Shown piece by piece: positions 21,677 to 29,273 of a DNA stretch of 29,273 nucleotides. Position 1 is the stretch's first letter. Each line of letters begins with the position of its first letter. The translations under genes and the position numbers were made by a program. The notes under the pieces were generated by a model. The model saw nothing but the letters and a program-made list of their open reading frames with translations. It was not told where the DNA came from and searched no databases. Origin of the DNA: Verrucomicrobiales bacterium (GTDB taxonomy: Bacteria; Verrucomicrobiota; Verrucomicrobiia; Verrucomicrobiales; SLCJ01); the NCBI GenBank assembly GCA_046075565.1, contig JBJTQJ010000096.1, positions 1-29,273 on the forward strand, in the 5' to 3' direction.

Positions 21677-21746
21677 TTTTCGGGGAGATGGACGCCATCC
21701 CTGCCGGCTCCAACAAGATTCTGGACAAGCGGTGATCGCCGTCCAG
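21677..21746 (+). repeat. Right direct repeat (decayed cyclophilin tail plus true ABC-F start); 35-bp perfect core at 21712-21746
   Basis: Translates in the cyclophilin frame as FGEMDAIPAGSNKILDKR*, versus [18 protein letters not shown] at the end of the intact gene. Confidence 0.92.
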
Positions 21747-23723
21747 GACATTTCCATTCAGTTCGTCGGGCGCGCCCTTTTCAAGGGGGTGTCGTTTGTC
21801 ATTCAGCCGCGCGAACGCCTTGCCTTGGTCGGACCGAATGGCGCGGGCAAATCGACCATGCTCAAGATGCTGGCCGGGATCGGTGCGCCCGACACCGGCA
21901 AGATCATCCGCGCCCGCAGCGTGCGGGTCGGTTACCTCGCCCAGGAAGGCATCGAAGCGCGCGGCCGCAGCGTGCGCGCCGAAGCCGAAGATGCTTTCTC
22001 CGGCGTGCTCGCGCTCCAACATCAAATCGATGAACTGGGCGATGAGTTGCACCATCTCGATTCAACCAGCGACGACTACCGCGAGGTGCTGGAACGAATG
22101 GGCGACCTGCAACTGCGCCTCGATGAATCCGATGCCGCCCGCATCCGCCCGAAAGTGGAAACGGTTTTGCAAGGCCTCGGCTTCGCCCTTTCCGACATCG
22201 ATCGCCCCTGTGAGGAGTTTTCGGGTGGCTGGCAGATGCGTATCGCGCTGGCCCGCTTGCTTTTGCAGGAGCCCGAGTTGTTGTTGCTCGACGAACCGAC
22301 CAACCATCTCGACATGGATTCCTTGCGCTGGGTCGAGAAATACCTGCAAGGCTACCGGGGCGCACTCGTCCTGATCAGCCACGACCGCGCCTTCCTCGAT
22401 TCGCTCATCCGCCGAACCCTCGCCTTTGGTGGTGGTCGCGTGGAGGAATACGCGGGCAATTACAGCTTCTACGTTCGGGAGAGTGTCGCCCGCCGCGAAT
22501 TGCTCCTGAAGGCGAAGGCGAACCAGGACCGCGAGATCGAAAAGACCAAACAATTCATCGACCGCTTCCGCGCCAAGGCCTCAAAGGCGACCCAAGCCCA
22601 GAGCCGGATCAAGATGCTGGAGAAAGTCGAGCGCATTGAGATAGAAGAAGACGGACCGGAGATACGGTTTTCTTTTCCGCCCGCGCCCGCATCCGGTCAT
22701 GCGGTGGTCAAACTCGAAAACGTGACCATGGCCTATGGCGACCATGTCGTGATCGACAGCCTCGACTTCACGATCGAAAAAGGCGACCGCATTGCCATCG
22801 TCGGACCAAACGGAGCCGGCAAATCCACTTTCTCGCGTCTCATCAGCAAGCGGGAATCCCCCACCGACGGCACACTGGCCCACGGCTACAACGTGCGTGC
22901 CTCCCATTTCGCGCAGGACCAAGCCGAGGAACTGGATCCATCGCTCACCGCCTTGCAGACTCTGGAAAAGGTGGATATCTCCGGTGCCCGCATCGACCGG
23001 CGCTCCGTGCTCGGATGTTTCCTCTTCCGCGGCGATGATGTTTTCAAACTGGTCAGCGTGCTCAGCGGCGGCGAGAAAAGCCGACTCGCCCTCGCCAGCA
23101 TGTTGCTGCACCCGTCGAACTTCCTCGTGCTCGACGAACCGACCAACCACCTCGACATGGCCTCGCAGGCGCGCTTGCAAAGCGCCTTGCTCGACTACGA
23201 AGGCACTTTCGCCATCGTCTCCCACAACCGCGACTTCCTCGACCCGCTCGTCAACAAGGTGTTGGAATTCCGCCCCGGACGCCCGCCCCGGCTTTACCTC
23301 GGCAACCTCAGCGACTACGTCGAGGCCAAGGAAGCGGAGGAACGTGTCGAAGCCCTCCGCGCCGCCACCGCGCGCCCCGCAGCGGCAAATCCACCGAGCC
23401 ACGGACACTCCGTGCCCGAAACCATTCCCGCCAACCGCAAGGAACAGAGGAAACTCGAAGCCAAACGGCGCGAGGAACGCGCGCGTACGCTCAAACCCCT
23501 GCTCGACGAACTAACAACCCTCGAGGAAACCATCGCCGCCCTCGAAACGGAGAAAGTCGAACTCGCCCGACAGCTCCAGGACCCCGCCCTCTACGAAGCC
23601 AAGGAAGAAGCAGCCCTCGTCGCCCGCCGCCTCGAGGAAGCCGGCCGCGATCTCGAAACCCGCTACACCCGCTGGAACGACCTCACCGAAGACATCGCCG
23701 CCAAAGAAGCGGAGATCGGGTGA
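21732..23723 (+). CDS. ABC-F family ATP-binding protein (ribosome-associated, Uup/YheS/YdiF-like)
   Basis: Two ABC domains (GPNGAGKST twice; FSGGW and LSGGEK signatures; LLLDEPTNHLD and LVLDEPTNHLD), inter-domain linker FIDRFRAKASKATQAQSR, C-terminal coiled coil, no TM segments. GTG start. Confidence 0.94.
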   Translation: MIAVQDISIQFVGRALFKGVSFVIQPRERLALVGPNGAGKSTMLKMLAGIGAPDTGKIIRARSVRVGYLAQEGIEARGRSVRAEAEDAFSGVLALQHQIDELGDELHHLDSTSDDYREVLERMGDLQLRLDESDAARIRPKVETVLQGLGFALSDIDRPCEEFSGGWQMRIALARLLLQEPELLLLDEPTNHLDMDSLRWVEKYLQGYRGALVLISHDRAFLDSLIRRTLAFGGGRVEEYAGNYSFYVRESVARRELLLKAKANQDREIEKTKQFIDRFRAKASKATQAQSRIKMLEKVERIEIEEDGPEIRFSFPPAPASGHAVVKLENVTMAYGDHVVIDSLDFTIEKGDRIAIVGPNGAGKSTFSRLISKRESPTDGTLAHGYNVRASHFAQDQAEELDPSLTALQTLEKVDISGARIDRRSVLGCFLFRGDDVFKLVSVLSGGEKSRLALASMLLHPSNFLVLDEPTNHLDMASQARLQSALLDYEGTFAIVSHNRDFLDPLVNKVLEFRPGRPPRLYLGNLSDYVEAKEAEERVEALRAATARPAAANPPSHGHSVPETIPANRKEQRKLEAKRREERARTLKPLLDELTTLEETIAALETEKVELARQLQDPALYEAKEEAALVARRLEEAGRDLETRYTRWNDLTEDIAAKEAEIG

Positions 23724-23746
23724 GATATGAATTTGATGACGAATGG

Positions 23747-23973
23747 GTGGGGACATCGCGGCTCGGAGAAGGTGGAGCGTCCCTCGCCCGGCACCGGAAG
23801 CGGTGCCGCTACGGGCATACCCGTGAGCTTGAGGTTTTTCGCTACCTTCTGGCACTGGTCATCTGCCTGGCAAGTAGCGGAACGCCTGCGCGTTCCGGAG
23901 TGGGGACATCGCGGCTCGGAGTAGGTGGAGCGTCCCTCGCCCGGCACCGGAAGCGGTGCCGCTACGGGCATAC
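23747..23973 (-). repeat. REPIN-like element, tandem copies B (partial) and C, period 153 bp
   Basis: 23747-23820 and 23900-23973 match at 73/74. Both are reverse complements of copy A (21413-21556). Confidence 0.85.
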
Positions 23974-24008
23974 GAATAGCAAAAGTGTCGGACTGCGCTG
24001 GCAAAGGG

Positions 24009-24089
24009 AGCCTTTGGCGACCGACGACGGCGCTTTTGCGAATGGAGCCTGCTTGCCCAAAGCGGTGTCGCCATCCATCGCCAAAGGCT
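24009..24089. repeat. Long imperfect inverted repeat (another palindromic element)
   Basis: AGCCTTTGGCGA (24009-24020) pairs perfectly with TCGCCAAAGGCT (24078-24089). Inner CGACGGCGCTTT / AAAGCGGTGTCG pairs imperfectly. Confidence 0.6.
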
Positions 24090-24161
24090 ATCGAGCCCGA
24101 AAGTCGCAAGCGAGACATGCCCACGCGACCAAAGAGTCCCGCCAACTTCCACGAGGAACCG

Positions 24162-24196
24162 AAAAAGGAACCACGATGGCTTCGCCATCGTGGTTC
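24162..24196 (-). terminator. Intrinsic terminator downstream of gnd
   Basis: 13-bp perfect stem GAACCACGATGGC-ttc-GCCATCGTGGTTC, 6 nt past the gnd stop, followed on the minus strand by CTTTTT. Confidence 0.8.
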
Positions 24197-24202
24197 ACCG
24201 AA

Positions 24203-25621
24203 TTACCCGATGACTTCCGGCCAGTCGGTGTGGAAGAACTCTCCACGCGGTTTGTCCACGCGCTCATAGGTGTGGGCTCCGAAGAAGTCCCGCTGGGCCT
24301 GGAGAAGATTGGCGGGCAGGCGCGCGCTGCGGTAGCTGTCGTAGTAGCCGAGTGAAGCGCTGAAGGCGGGAACAGGAATGCCATTGGCGACGGCCAGGGC
24401 CACCACCTCGCGCCAGTTCTGCTGGGCGCGGTTGAGAATGTCCTTGAAGAAAGGATCGAGCATGAGGCTGCCGAGATCCGGATTGCGCTCGTAGGCCTCG
24501 GTGATGCGGTTGAGGAAGCGGGCGCGGATGATACAACCACCGCGCCAGATGCGGGCGATGGAACCGAGATCGAGGTTCCATTGTTTTTCCGCGCTCATCG
24601 CGCGGATCAGGTCGAGGCCCTGCGCGTAGCTAATGATCTTGGATGCATAGAGCGCGTCGCGCACCTTGGCGACGAGGTCGGCCTTGCTCCAGGAAATAGA
24701 GGCGGTGGGTCCGTTCAACTGGCTGCTGGCATTGACGCGTGCATCCTTCATGGAGGAGAGAATGCGGGCTTCCACAGCGGCGTTGATCGTGGAAACAACA
24801 ATCGTATTCTCGATGGCATTGATGAGCGTCCATTTGCCCGTGCCCTTCTGACCGGCGGTGTCGAGAATCATGTCGACAATCGGATTTCCGGTTTCGGGAT
24901 CGATTTGTTCGAGAGCCTTGGCGGTGATTTGGATGAGGTAACTTTCGAGGTCGCCCGCGTTCCAATCGGCGAAGATCCCCGACATTTCCGTGGCACCGAT
25001 GCCGGCGGCGGAGAAAAGATTGTAGGCCTCGCAAATCAACTGCATGTCGCCGTATTCAATGCCGTTGTGCACCATCTTCACGAAGTGACCGGCTCCGCCC
25101 GGTCCGATGTGCGTCACACAAGGCACGCCTTCGACCTTGGCGGCGATGGATTCGAAAATCGGCTTCATCACATCCCAGGTGCTGGCGGGGCCACCCGGCA
25201 TGATTGCGGGTCCTTTGCGGGCGCCTTCTTCACCCCCGGAGACGCCGGCACCGATGAAGCGCAGCTTCAGTCCGGAAAGCCACGCATCCCGGCGTTCGGT
25301 GTCGGTGTAGAGCGAGTTGCCGCCGTCGATGATGATGTCGCCCTCATCAAGCAGCGGAATCAGTTGTTCGATGACCGCATCAACCGGTTTGCCCGCCTTC
25401 ACCATGATCATGACCTTGCGGGGACTGGCGAGCGAGGCCACGAACTCTTCCAGCGTCTTCGCGCCGACGAGCTTTTTGTCGGGATGCGCGGCCACGAATT
25501 CCTGCGTCACGCTGGTGGTGCGGTTGTAAACGGAAACCTGGAAGCCGCGGCTTTCCACGTTGAGAACGAGATTTTGGCCCATAACGGCCAAGCCAATGAG
25601 TCCGAAGTCGGATTGATTCAT
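24203..25621 (-). CDS. gnd: NADP-dependent 6-phosphogluconate dehydrogenase (decarboxylating)
   Basis: ATG 25621: MNQSDFGLIGLAVMGQNL, YNRT, IIDGGNS, GVSGGEEGA, GHFVKMVHNGIEYGDMQLI, GQKGTGKW, IWRGGCII, QAQRDFFGAHTYER. The ORF-track extension to 26515 is spurious. Confidence 0.97.
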   Translation of the reverse strand: MNQSDFGLIGLAVMGQNLVLNVESRGFQVSVYNRTTSVTQEFVAAHPDKKLVGAKTLEEFVASLASPRKVMIMVKAGKPVDAVIEQLIPLLDEGDIIIDGGNSLYTDTERRDAWLSGLKLRFIGAGVSGGEEGARKGPAIMPGGPASTWDVMKPIFESIAAKVEGVPCVTHIGPGGAGHFVKMVHNGIEYGDMQLICEAYNLFSAAGIGATEMSGIFADWNAGDLESYLIQITAKALEQIDPETGNPIVDMILDTAGQKGTGKWTLINAIENTIVVSTINAAVEARILSSMKDARVNASSQLNGPTASISWSKADLVAKVRDALYASKIISYAQGLDLIRAMSAEKQWNLDLGSIARIWRGGCIIRARFLNRITEAYERNPDLGSLMLDPFFKDILNRAQQNWREVVALAVANGIPVPAFSASLGYYDSYRSARLPANLLQAQRDFFGAHTYERVDKPRGEFFHTDWPEVIG

Positions 25622-25821
25622 CCTGCAAATTTGGCAAGCCTTGGCCCCGAAACAAGTGAAATTAGCGCAGAGACGGAGACGAACACGTGTTTCGCGAACC
25701 CACCCGAGAACGGTGCGTTTCCGAACTTCCGCGTGGACCGGTTCGGAGCCACGACAATCCTGTCTTGGCAGCGAATGCGCGGCGGTTGTGGCCGCGGCTC
25801 GTTCGACATGGCCCCTCGTCA

Positions 25822-25864
25822 GCGCGGGGTAACGGGCACGACCCTGCGGGATCGTGTCCCTCCG
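25822..25864 (+). repeat. Single REP-like palindrome, same family as 28378-28693
   Basis: GCGCGGGGTAACGGGCACGACCCTGCGGGATCGTGTCCCTCCG nearly matches GCGCGGGCAACGGACACGACCCTGCGGGATCGTGTCCCTCCG in both downstream units. Confidence 0.8.
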
Positions 25865-25960
25865 ATTGGCGGATGAAACGTGCCCCATCTCCATCAAATC
25901 CACCTCGGGAAGATGGTTCGGGCTTTTCCTGCGGGAAATCCGTGGTTTGGTAGGGTATTC

Positions 25961-27424
25961 ATGCCTTTGATCGCCCAGATTTCCATCGCCGCCGCTACCG
26001 GAATCCTCCTCGGAGCCGTGGTCACTTGGCTGATTGGCCGGGTCACGCGCGTCCGATTGCAGGAAAAATTGTCGGCCGGAGAATCCCGGCTGGCGGAGCT
26101 GGAAACCCGGCTGGAATCGACCCAGGGGGCGGAATCCACCCTGCGCGACCAGCTTTCCGAGAGCCGCACCCAGCTTGCGACATGGAAAACCCGCGCCGAG
26201 GACGAAGAGAGGACAACCGCTGAAAAACTCGAGATGCTGCGGGTCGCCGAAGCACGCCTCGGGGATGCCTTCAAGGCCCTGTCCTCTGAAGCGCTGCGCA
26301 GCAATCAGGAGCAATTTCTCCTCTTGGCCCGTTCGAACTGGGAGAAGCAAACCGAGGAAGCCAAAGCGGAGATGAAGGCCCGGCAGACCGGAGTGGAAAC
26401 CATGCTCAAGCCGATTGGCGAGGCCCTGCAGAAATTCGAGCGCCGGGTCGGGGAGATCGAGGTCGCCCGCGAAGGTGCCTACGCCGGACTCAAGGAAAAC
26501 GTGCGGGGTTTGCACGAGGCCCAGGGAATGTTGCGCGAGGAAACCGCCCGGCTGGTGCGGGCATTACGCCAACCGAGCGGGCGCGGTCAGTGGGGGGAAA
26601 TGCAACTCCGGCGTGTAGCCGAACTGGCAGGGATGCGCGAACACTGCGACTTCGATCTCCAGACCAGCACCACCGGCGACGATGGCGACCGCTTGCGTCC
26701 GGACATGCTCGTGCATTTGCCGGGCAAACGCCATGTCGTGGTGGACGCGAAGACTCCGATGGATGCCTATCTCGAAGCCATCGACGCCGCGGACGATGCG
26801 GCCCGTCAGGTCGCCTTGGCCCGCCATGCCAAACAGGTGCGCCAGCAAATCAGCCAACTCGGGGCGAAAGATTACGCCGCCCGTTATGGTCCCGGACCGG
26901 AGTTCGTCGTGCTCTTCCTGCCCAGCGAGGCCATCTTCGCGGCGGCGCTGGATCAGGATCCGACGCTCATCGAGAAGGCCGTCGGGCAAGGCGTGATGCT
27001 GGCCACACCGACCACGCTCATTGCCCTTCTGCGCGTCATCGCCCAAGGATGGCGGGAAGAAACACTCGCCGCCAATGCACGGGAAATCTCCGCCCTCGGC
27101 CGGCGACTGCACGAGCGGCTCGGCTTGATGAATTCCCATCTCGCCAAACTCGGCCGCGCCCTTTCGACATCGGTGGACGCCTATAACAAGACGATCGGAT
27201 CTTTCGAGACGCGCGTGCTCGCCGACGCCCGAAGGTTCGAAGACCTCGGGGCCACGACCACGAGCGCGGAACTCCCCCCACCCCAGCCAGTGGAAAACCT
27301 GCCGAGGGCGCTGTCGGGAACCGATGGCCCGCCCCCGGAAGACCCCGTTGTCTTTCCACTCGCGTCCGCCGAAGAACCCGCAACGGACGACGACGACTTC
27401 CTCAAATTGCCCGGTCAAGCCTGA
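25961..27424 (+). CDS. rmuC: DNA recombination protein RmuC
   Basis: N-terminal TM anchor, coiled coil, GRGQWGEMQLRRVAELAGM, RPDMLVHLPG..VVVDAKTP, PEFVVLFLPSEA, LATPTTLIALLR. ATG 25961 preferred over GTG 25880. Confidence 0.93.
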   Translation: MPLIAQISIAAATGILLGAVVTWLIGRVTRVRLQEKLSAGESRLAELETRLESTQGAESTLRDQLSESRTQLATWKTRAEDEERTTAEKLEMLRVAEARLGDAFKALSSEALRSNQEQFLLLARSNWEKQTEEAKAEMKARQTGVETMLKPIGEALQKFERRVGEIEVAREGAYAGLKENVRGLHEAQGMLREETARLVRALRQPSGRGQWGEMQLRRVAELAGMREHCDFDLQTSTTGDDGDRLRPDMLVHLPGKRHVVVDAKTPMDAYLEAIDAADDAARQVALARHAKQVRQQISQLGAKDYAARYGPGPEFVVLFLPSEAIFAAALDQDPTLIEKAVGQGVMLATPTTLIALLRVIAQGWREETLAANAREISALGRRLHERLGLMNSHLAKLGRALSTSVDAYNKTIGSFETRVLADARRFEDLGATTTSAELPPPQPVENLPRALSGTDGPPPEDPVVFPLASAEEPATDDDDFLKLPGQA

Positions 27425-27591
27425 TTTCTTGATCCTGATGGTCGCAACCAAGCGTTCTTGTATTGCCCATATTCCAGTTTACTCACAGCGACTAAACATG
27501 ATGGAACTCGCGAAACGAGTCCATCGCCATGATTAGCCCCTCCCCCACCTCATCCATACCGTTTGCTCCTCCCCTCTCCATATCTTTTCTT

Positions 27592-27633
27592 AAATCGCAA
27601 ATCTTCAATCTTAAATCTTAAATTCTCAATCCA
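27592..27633 (+). repeat. AT-rich heptamer tandem repeat (consensus AAATCTT, 6 degenerate units)
   Basis: aaatcgc aaatctt caatctt aaatctt aaattct caatcca immediately before ATG 27639. Confidence 0.7.
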
Positions 27634-27638
27634 CCCCC

Positions 27639-28271
27639 ATGTCACCTCTCCAAGCACTGCAATGGCGCTACGCCACCAAAGCCTTTGATCCCGAAAAGAA
27701 GATCTCCGCCGAAACCATGGCGATCATCGAGCAGAGCCTGGTGCTCACTCCCTCATCCTATGGTCTGCAGCCATGGAAGTTCCTCATCATCACGGATAAA
27801 ACCACGCGGGAGACCCTGGTCCCTCACTCATGGGGACAACGACAGGTCGCGGACTGCTCGCACCTTGTGGTCTTCACGGTGAAGAGAACCTTTGGTGAAG
27901 CGGATATTGACGCTTTCATCGCCCGGACGGTCGAGGTGCGTGGTGTATCCCGCGACGCCCTGCAGACTTATCGCGACATGATGGTGGGTGACATCGTCAA
28001 GGGCCCCCGCTCGCGCGTCTATGATGAGTGGGCAAAACGCCAGACCTACATCGCGCTCGGCCAGCTCATGCTCGCCGCCGCCCAACTCGGTATTGATACC
28101 TGCCCGATGGAAGGTTTTGTCCCGGAGAAATACGATGAAGTCCTCGGCCTCGCCGCGAAAGGCCTGACCGCCTCCGTGGCCTGCCCGCTGGGATATCGTT
28201 CCGCCGAAGACAAATACGCGAGCGCTCCGAAAGTGCGGTATCCGGCGAATCAGGTCATCGAGCACATTTGA
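27639..28271 (+). CDS. Nitroreductase family NAD(P)H-dependent flavin oxidoreductase (NfsB-like)
   Basis: Motifs WRYATKAFDPEKKI, LTPSSYGLQPWKF, WAKRQTYIALGQLMLAAAQLGIDTCPMEGF and LGYRSAED...PKVR. Confidence 0.92.
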   Translation: MSPLQALQWRYATKAFDPEKKISAETMAIIEQSLVLTPSSYGLQPWKFLIITDKTTRETLVPHSWGQRQVADCSHLVVFTVKRTFGEADIDAFIARTVEVRGVSRDALQTYRDMMVGDIVKGPRSRVYDEWAKRQTYIALGQLMLAAAQLGIDTCPMEGFVPEKYDEVLGLAAKGLTASVACPLGYRSAEDKYASAPKVRYPANQVIEHI

Positions 28272-28377
28272 GGCAGTATCAACTCCCGCTTCGTCGTCGC
28301 CCGCACGCTTCCCTAGCAAAATGGCCGCGGCCTTGATCTGCCGGAAAATGACGCCACAACGATTCCGGGATGGCTCG

Positions 28378-28693
28378 TCATTCGCGCGGGCAACGGACAC
28401 GACCCTGCGGGATCGTGTCCCTCCGGGTCAAGAGCGAGACGCTGTTGTTACGAGTGAAATGGCAGCTCAAGGATTGGCCTGGAGCGTACCACCGGCAGCT
28501 TGCCGGTGGGAGGGTCCAACCCAACTGGCAGGATGCCGTGATTGCTCCGGCATGGCGCATCACTCGCGCGGGCAACGGACACGACCCTGCGGGATCGTGT
28601 CCCTCCGGGACAAGAGCGGGACGCTCTTGTTACGAGGGACCTGGCAGCTCAAAGATTGGTCTGGAGTGTACCACCGGCATCCTGCCGGTGGGA
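28378..28693 (+). repeat. Tandem composite REP/BIME-like array: two ~134-bp units, period 182 bp
   Basis: 28378-28511 and 28560-28693 are near-identical. Each holds three palindromes: GGACACGA..TCGTGTCC, CAAGAGCG-N3-CGCTCTTG-TTAC and GTAC-CACCGGCA..TGCCGGTG. Confidence 0.88.
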
Positions 28694-28706
28694 AGATAGG
28701 TGCCCG

Positions 28707-28743
28707 AAAAGAACGGCCAGCCCCTCGCGGGGCTGGCCGTTCT
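28707..28743 (-). terminator. Probable intrinsic terminator of the minus-strand gene ending at 28783
   Basis: 15-bp perfect stem AGAACGGCCAGCCCC-tcgc-GGGGCTGGCCGTTCT with a short T tail on the minus strand. Confidence 0.65.
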
Positions 28744-28782
28744 CGCACAGGTTCGCCGGCAGGTTGCCGGTGGCACGTTGTC

Positions 28783-29273
28783 TTACTCGCTGACTTTTCC
28801 GCGCAGGAAGGCCTTGGCCTCCGTCGCAACGTTGTCCGGAGCACGGAAGGTCCGGTAGGTCCAGTCCGCGCCCGCGGGGGCCGCGATGTCGGAAAGCGCG
28901 GGCAGTCCGGCCTGGATGGCCGCGGCATCACCTCCAGTGACTTCCGAGATGTTGTCGGCAAACGGACTCAGGCTCTTGTCGCCTTCGATCCGGTAAACGA
29001 CTCCGTCCACCGCGGTGGCGGTGCGTTGATCGCCAGAATCAGCGCTGAAGACCGCTCCATTGCGCACCGGCAGGGTGAGCGTGAGCACCTGATCTCCGCC
29101 CACCGTGGCGACCTTCCCGACCACTTTGCCGTCGTTGACACCGCTGAGCGGGTCGCCGTCGAAGGCGAACTCGGCGAGGTTGTTGCGTCCGTCATTGTCG
29201 GGATCATCGCCTTTGCCATTATTTGCTCCGGTCAGGCCTTTGGCGGTCGCCCAGCTATCGTAGGGAGTGGCAA
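28783..29273 (-). CDS. C-terminal end of a large, probably secreted/surface protein (5' part outside the window)
   Basis: Frame open from the window edge (codon at 29271) to the stop at 28783: ATPYDSWATAKGLTGANNGKGDDPDNDGRNNLAEFAFDGDPLS...LTLTLPVR...YRIEG..SL..F...KAFLRGKVSE, a D.D.DG..N..E C-terminal module typical of verrucomicrobial extracellular proteins. Confidence 0.8.
   Translation of the reverse strand, partial: ATPYDSWATAKGLTGANNGKGDDPDNDGRNNLAEFAFDGDPLSGVNDGKVVGKVATVGGDQVLTLTLPVRNGAVFSADSGDQRTATAVDGVVYRIEGDKSLSPFADNISEVTGGDAAAIQAGLPALSDIAAPAGADWTYRTFRAPDNVATEAKAFLRGKVSE

Larger units (their letters stand above)
7143..21711. mobile_element. Putative genomic island/inserted block between the cyclophilin and ABC-F genes (no integrase seen)
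   Basis: Bounded by the direct repeats 7073-7142 and 21677-21746. Removing the block with one repeat would restore a cyclophilin-TGA/GTG-ABC-F overlapping junction. Content is accessory-type genes. Confidence 0.6.

Noticed and set aside
23720-24355. ORFs with internally repeated peptides (23720-24355, 23663-24145, 21333-21554, 28370-28699)
   Set aside because: They are translations of the REP/REPIN-like DNA repeats; no independent coding evidence.
25622-26515. 298-aa N-terminal extension of Gnd in the ORF track (770 aa)
   Set aside because: It runs through a REP palindrome and antisense to rmuC. The Gnd Rossmann motif starts at ATG 25621, so this is a chance open frame in GC-rich DNA, not a fusion.
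27499-27533. Hairpin GATGGAACTCG-CGAAA-CGAGTCCATC as a riboswitch (e.g. fluoride) or sRNA
   Set aside because: Lacks the other conserved elements I would expect, and has no U-tract on the plus strand. An Rfam/Infernal scan would be needed.
23747-28693. Repeat arrays as possible CRISPR arrays
   Set aside because: Only two units each, periods of 153 and 182 bp, long repeated stretches instead of short repeats with unique spacers, and no cas genes.

Overview
GC-rich bacterial chromosomal segment. A Verrucomicrobia-like origin is inferred from C-rich leaders lacking Shine-Dalgarno sites and the C-terminal 'W..AKGL.G...DPDNDG.NNL.EFAF.GDP' module of the last gene. Left arm: a 5'-truncated hypothetical protein interrupted by one in-frame TAG ahead of an F5/8-type (discoidin) domain, a BASS symporter, a GH2 beta-galactosidase and a cyclophilin. 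Centre: a 14.6-kb block bounded by a 35-bp perfect (70-bp imperfect) direct repeat that duplicates the cyclophilin-stop/ABC-F-start junction. It carries a family-3 aldehyde dehydrogenase and a four-gene minus-strand operon: three consecutive enzymes each fused to a cyclic-nucleotide-binding domain (CoA-acylating ALDH, patatin, NDH-2-like flavoprotein), then a RoxA/MauG-superfamily di-haem lipoprotein. Divergent from the operon is an MMPL + LolA-like + outer-membrane barrel transport trio. This block is the best candidate for an undescribed, cNMP-gated lipid/aldehyde-processing system. Right arm: ABC-F ATPase, gnd, rmuC, a nitroreductase and the 3' end of a large secreted protein. Several REP/REPIN-like palindrome families and heptamer repeats lie in intergenic spaces. 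No integrase, transposase, CRISPR array, rRNA or tRNA was recognised. All calls rest on motifs read by eye; no database searches were run.
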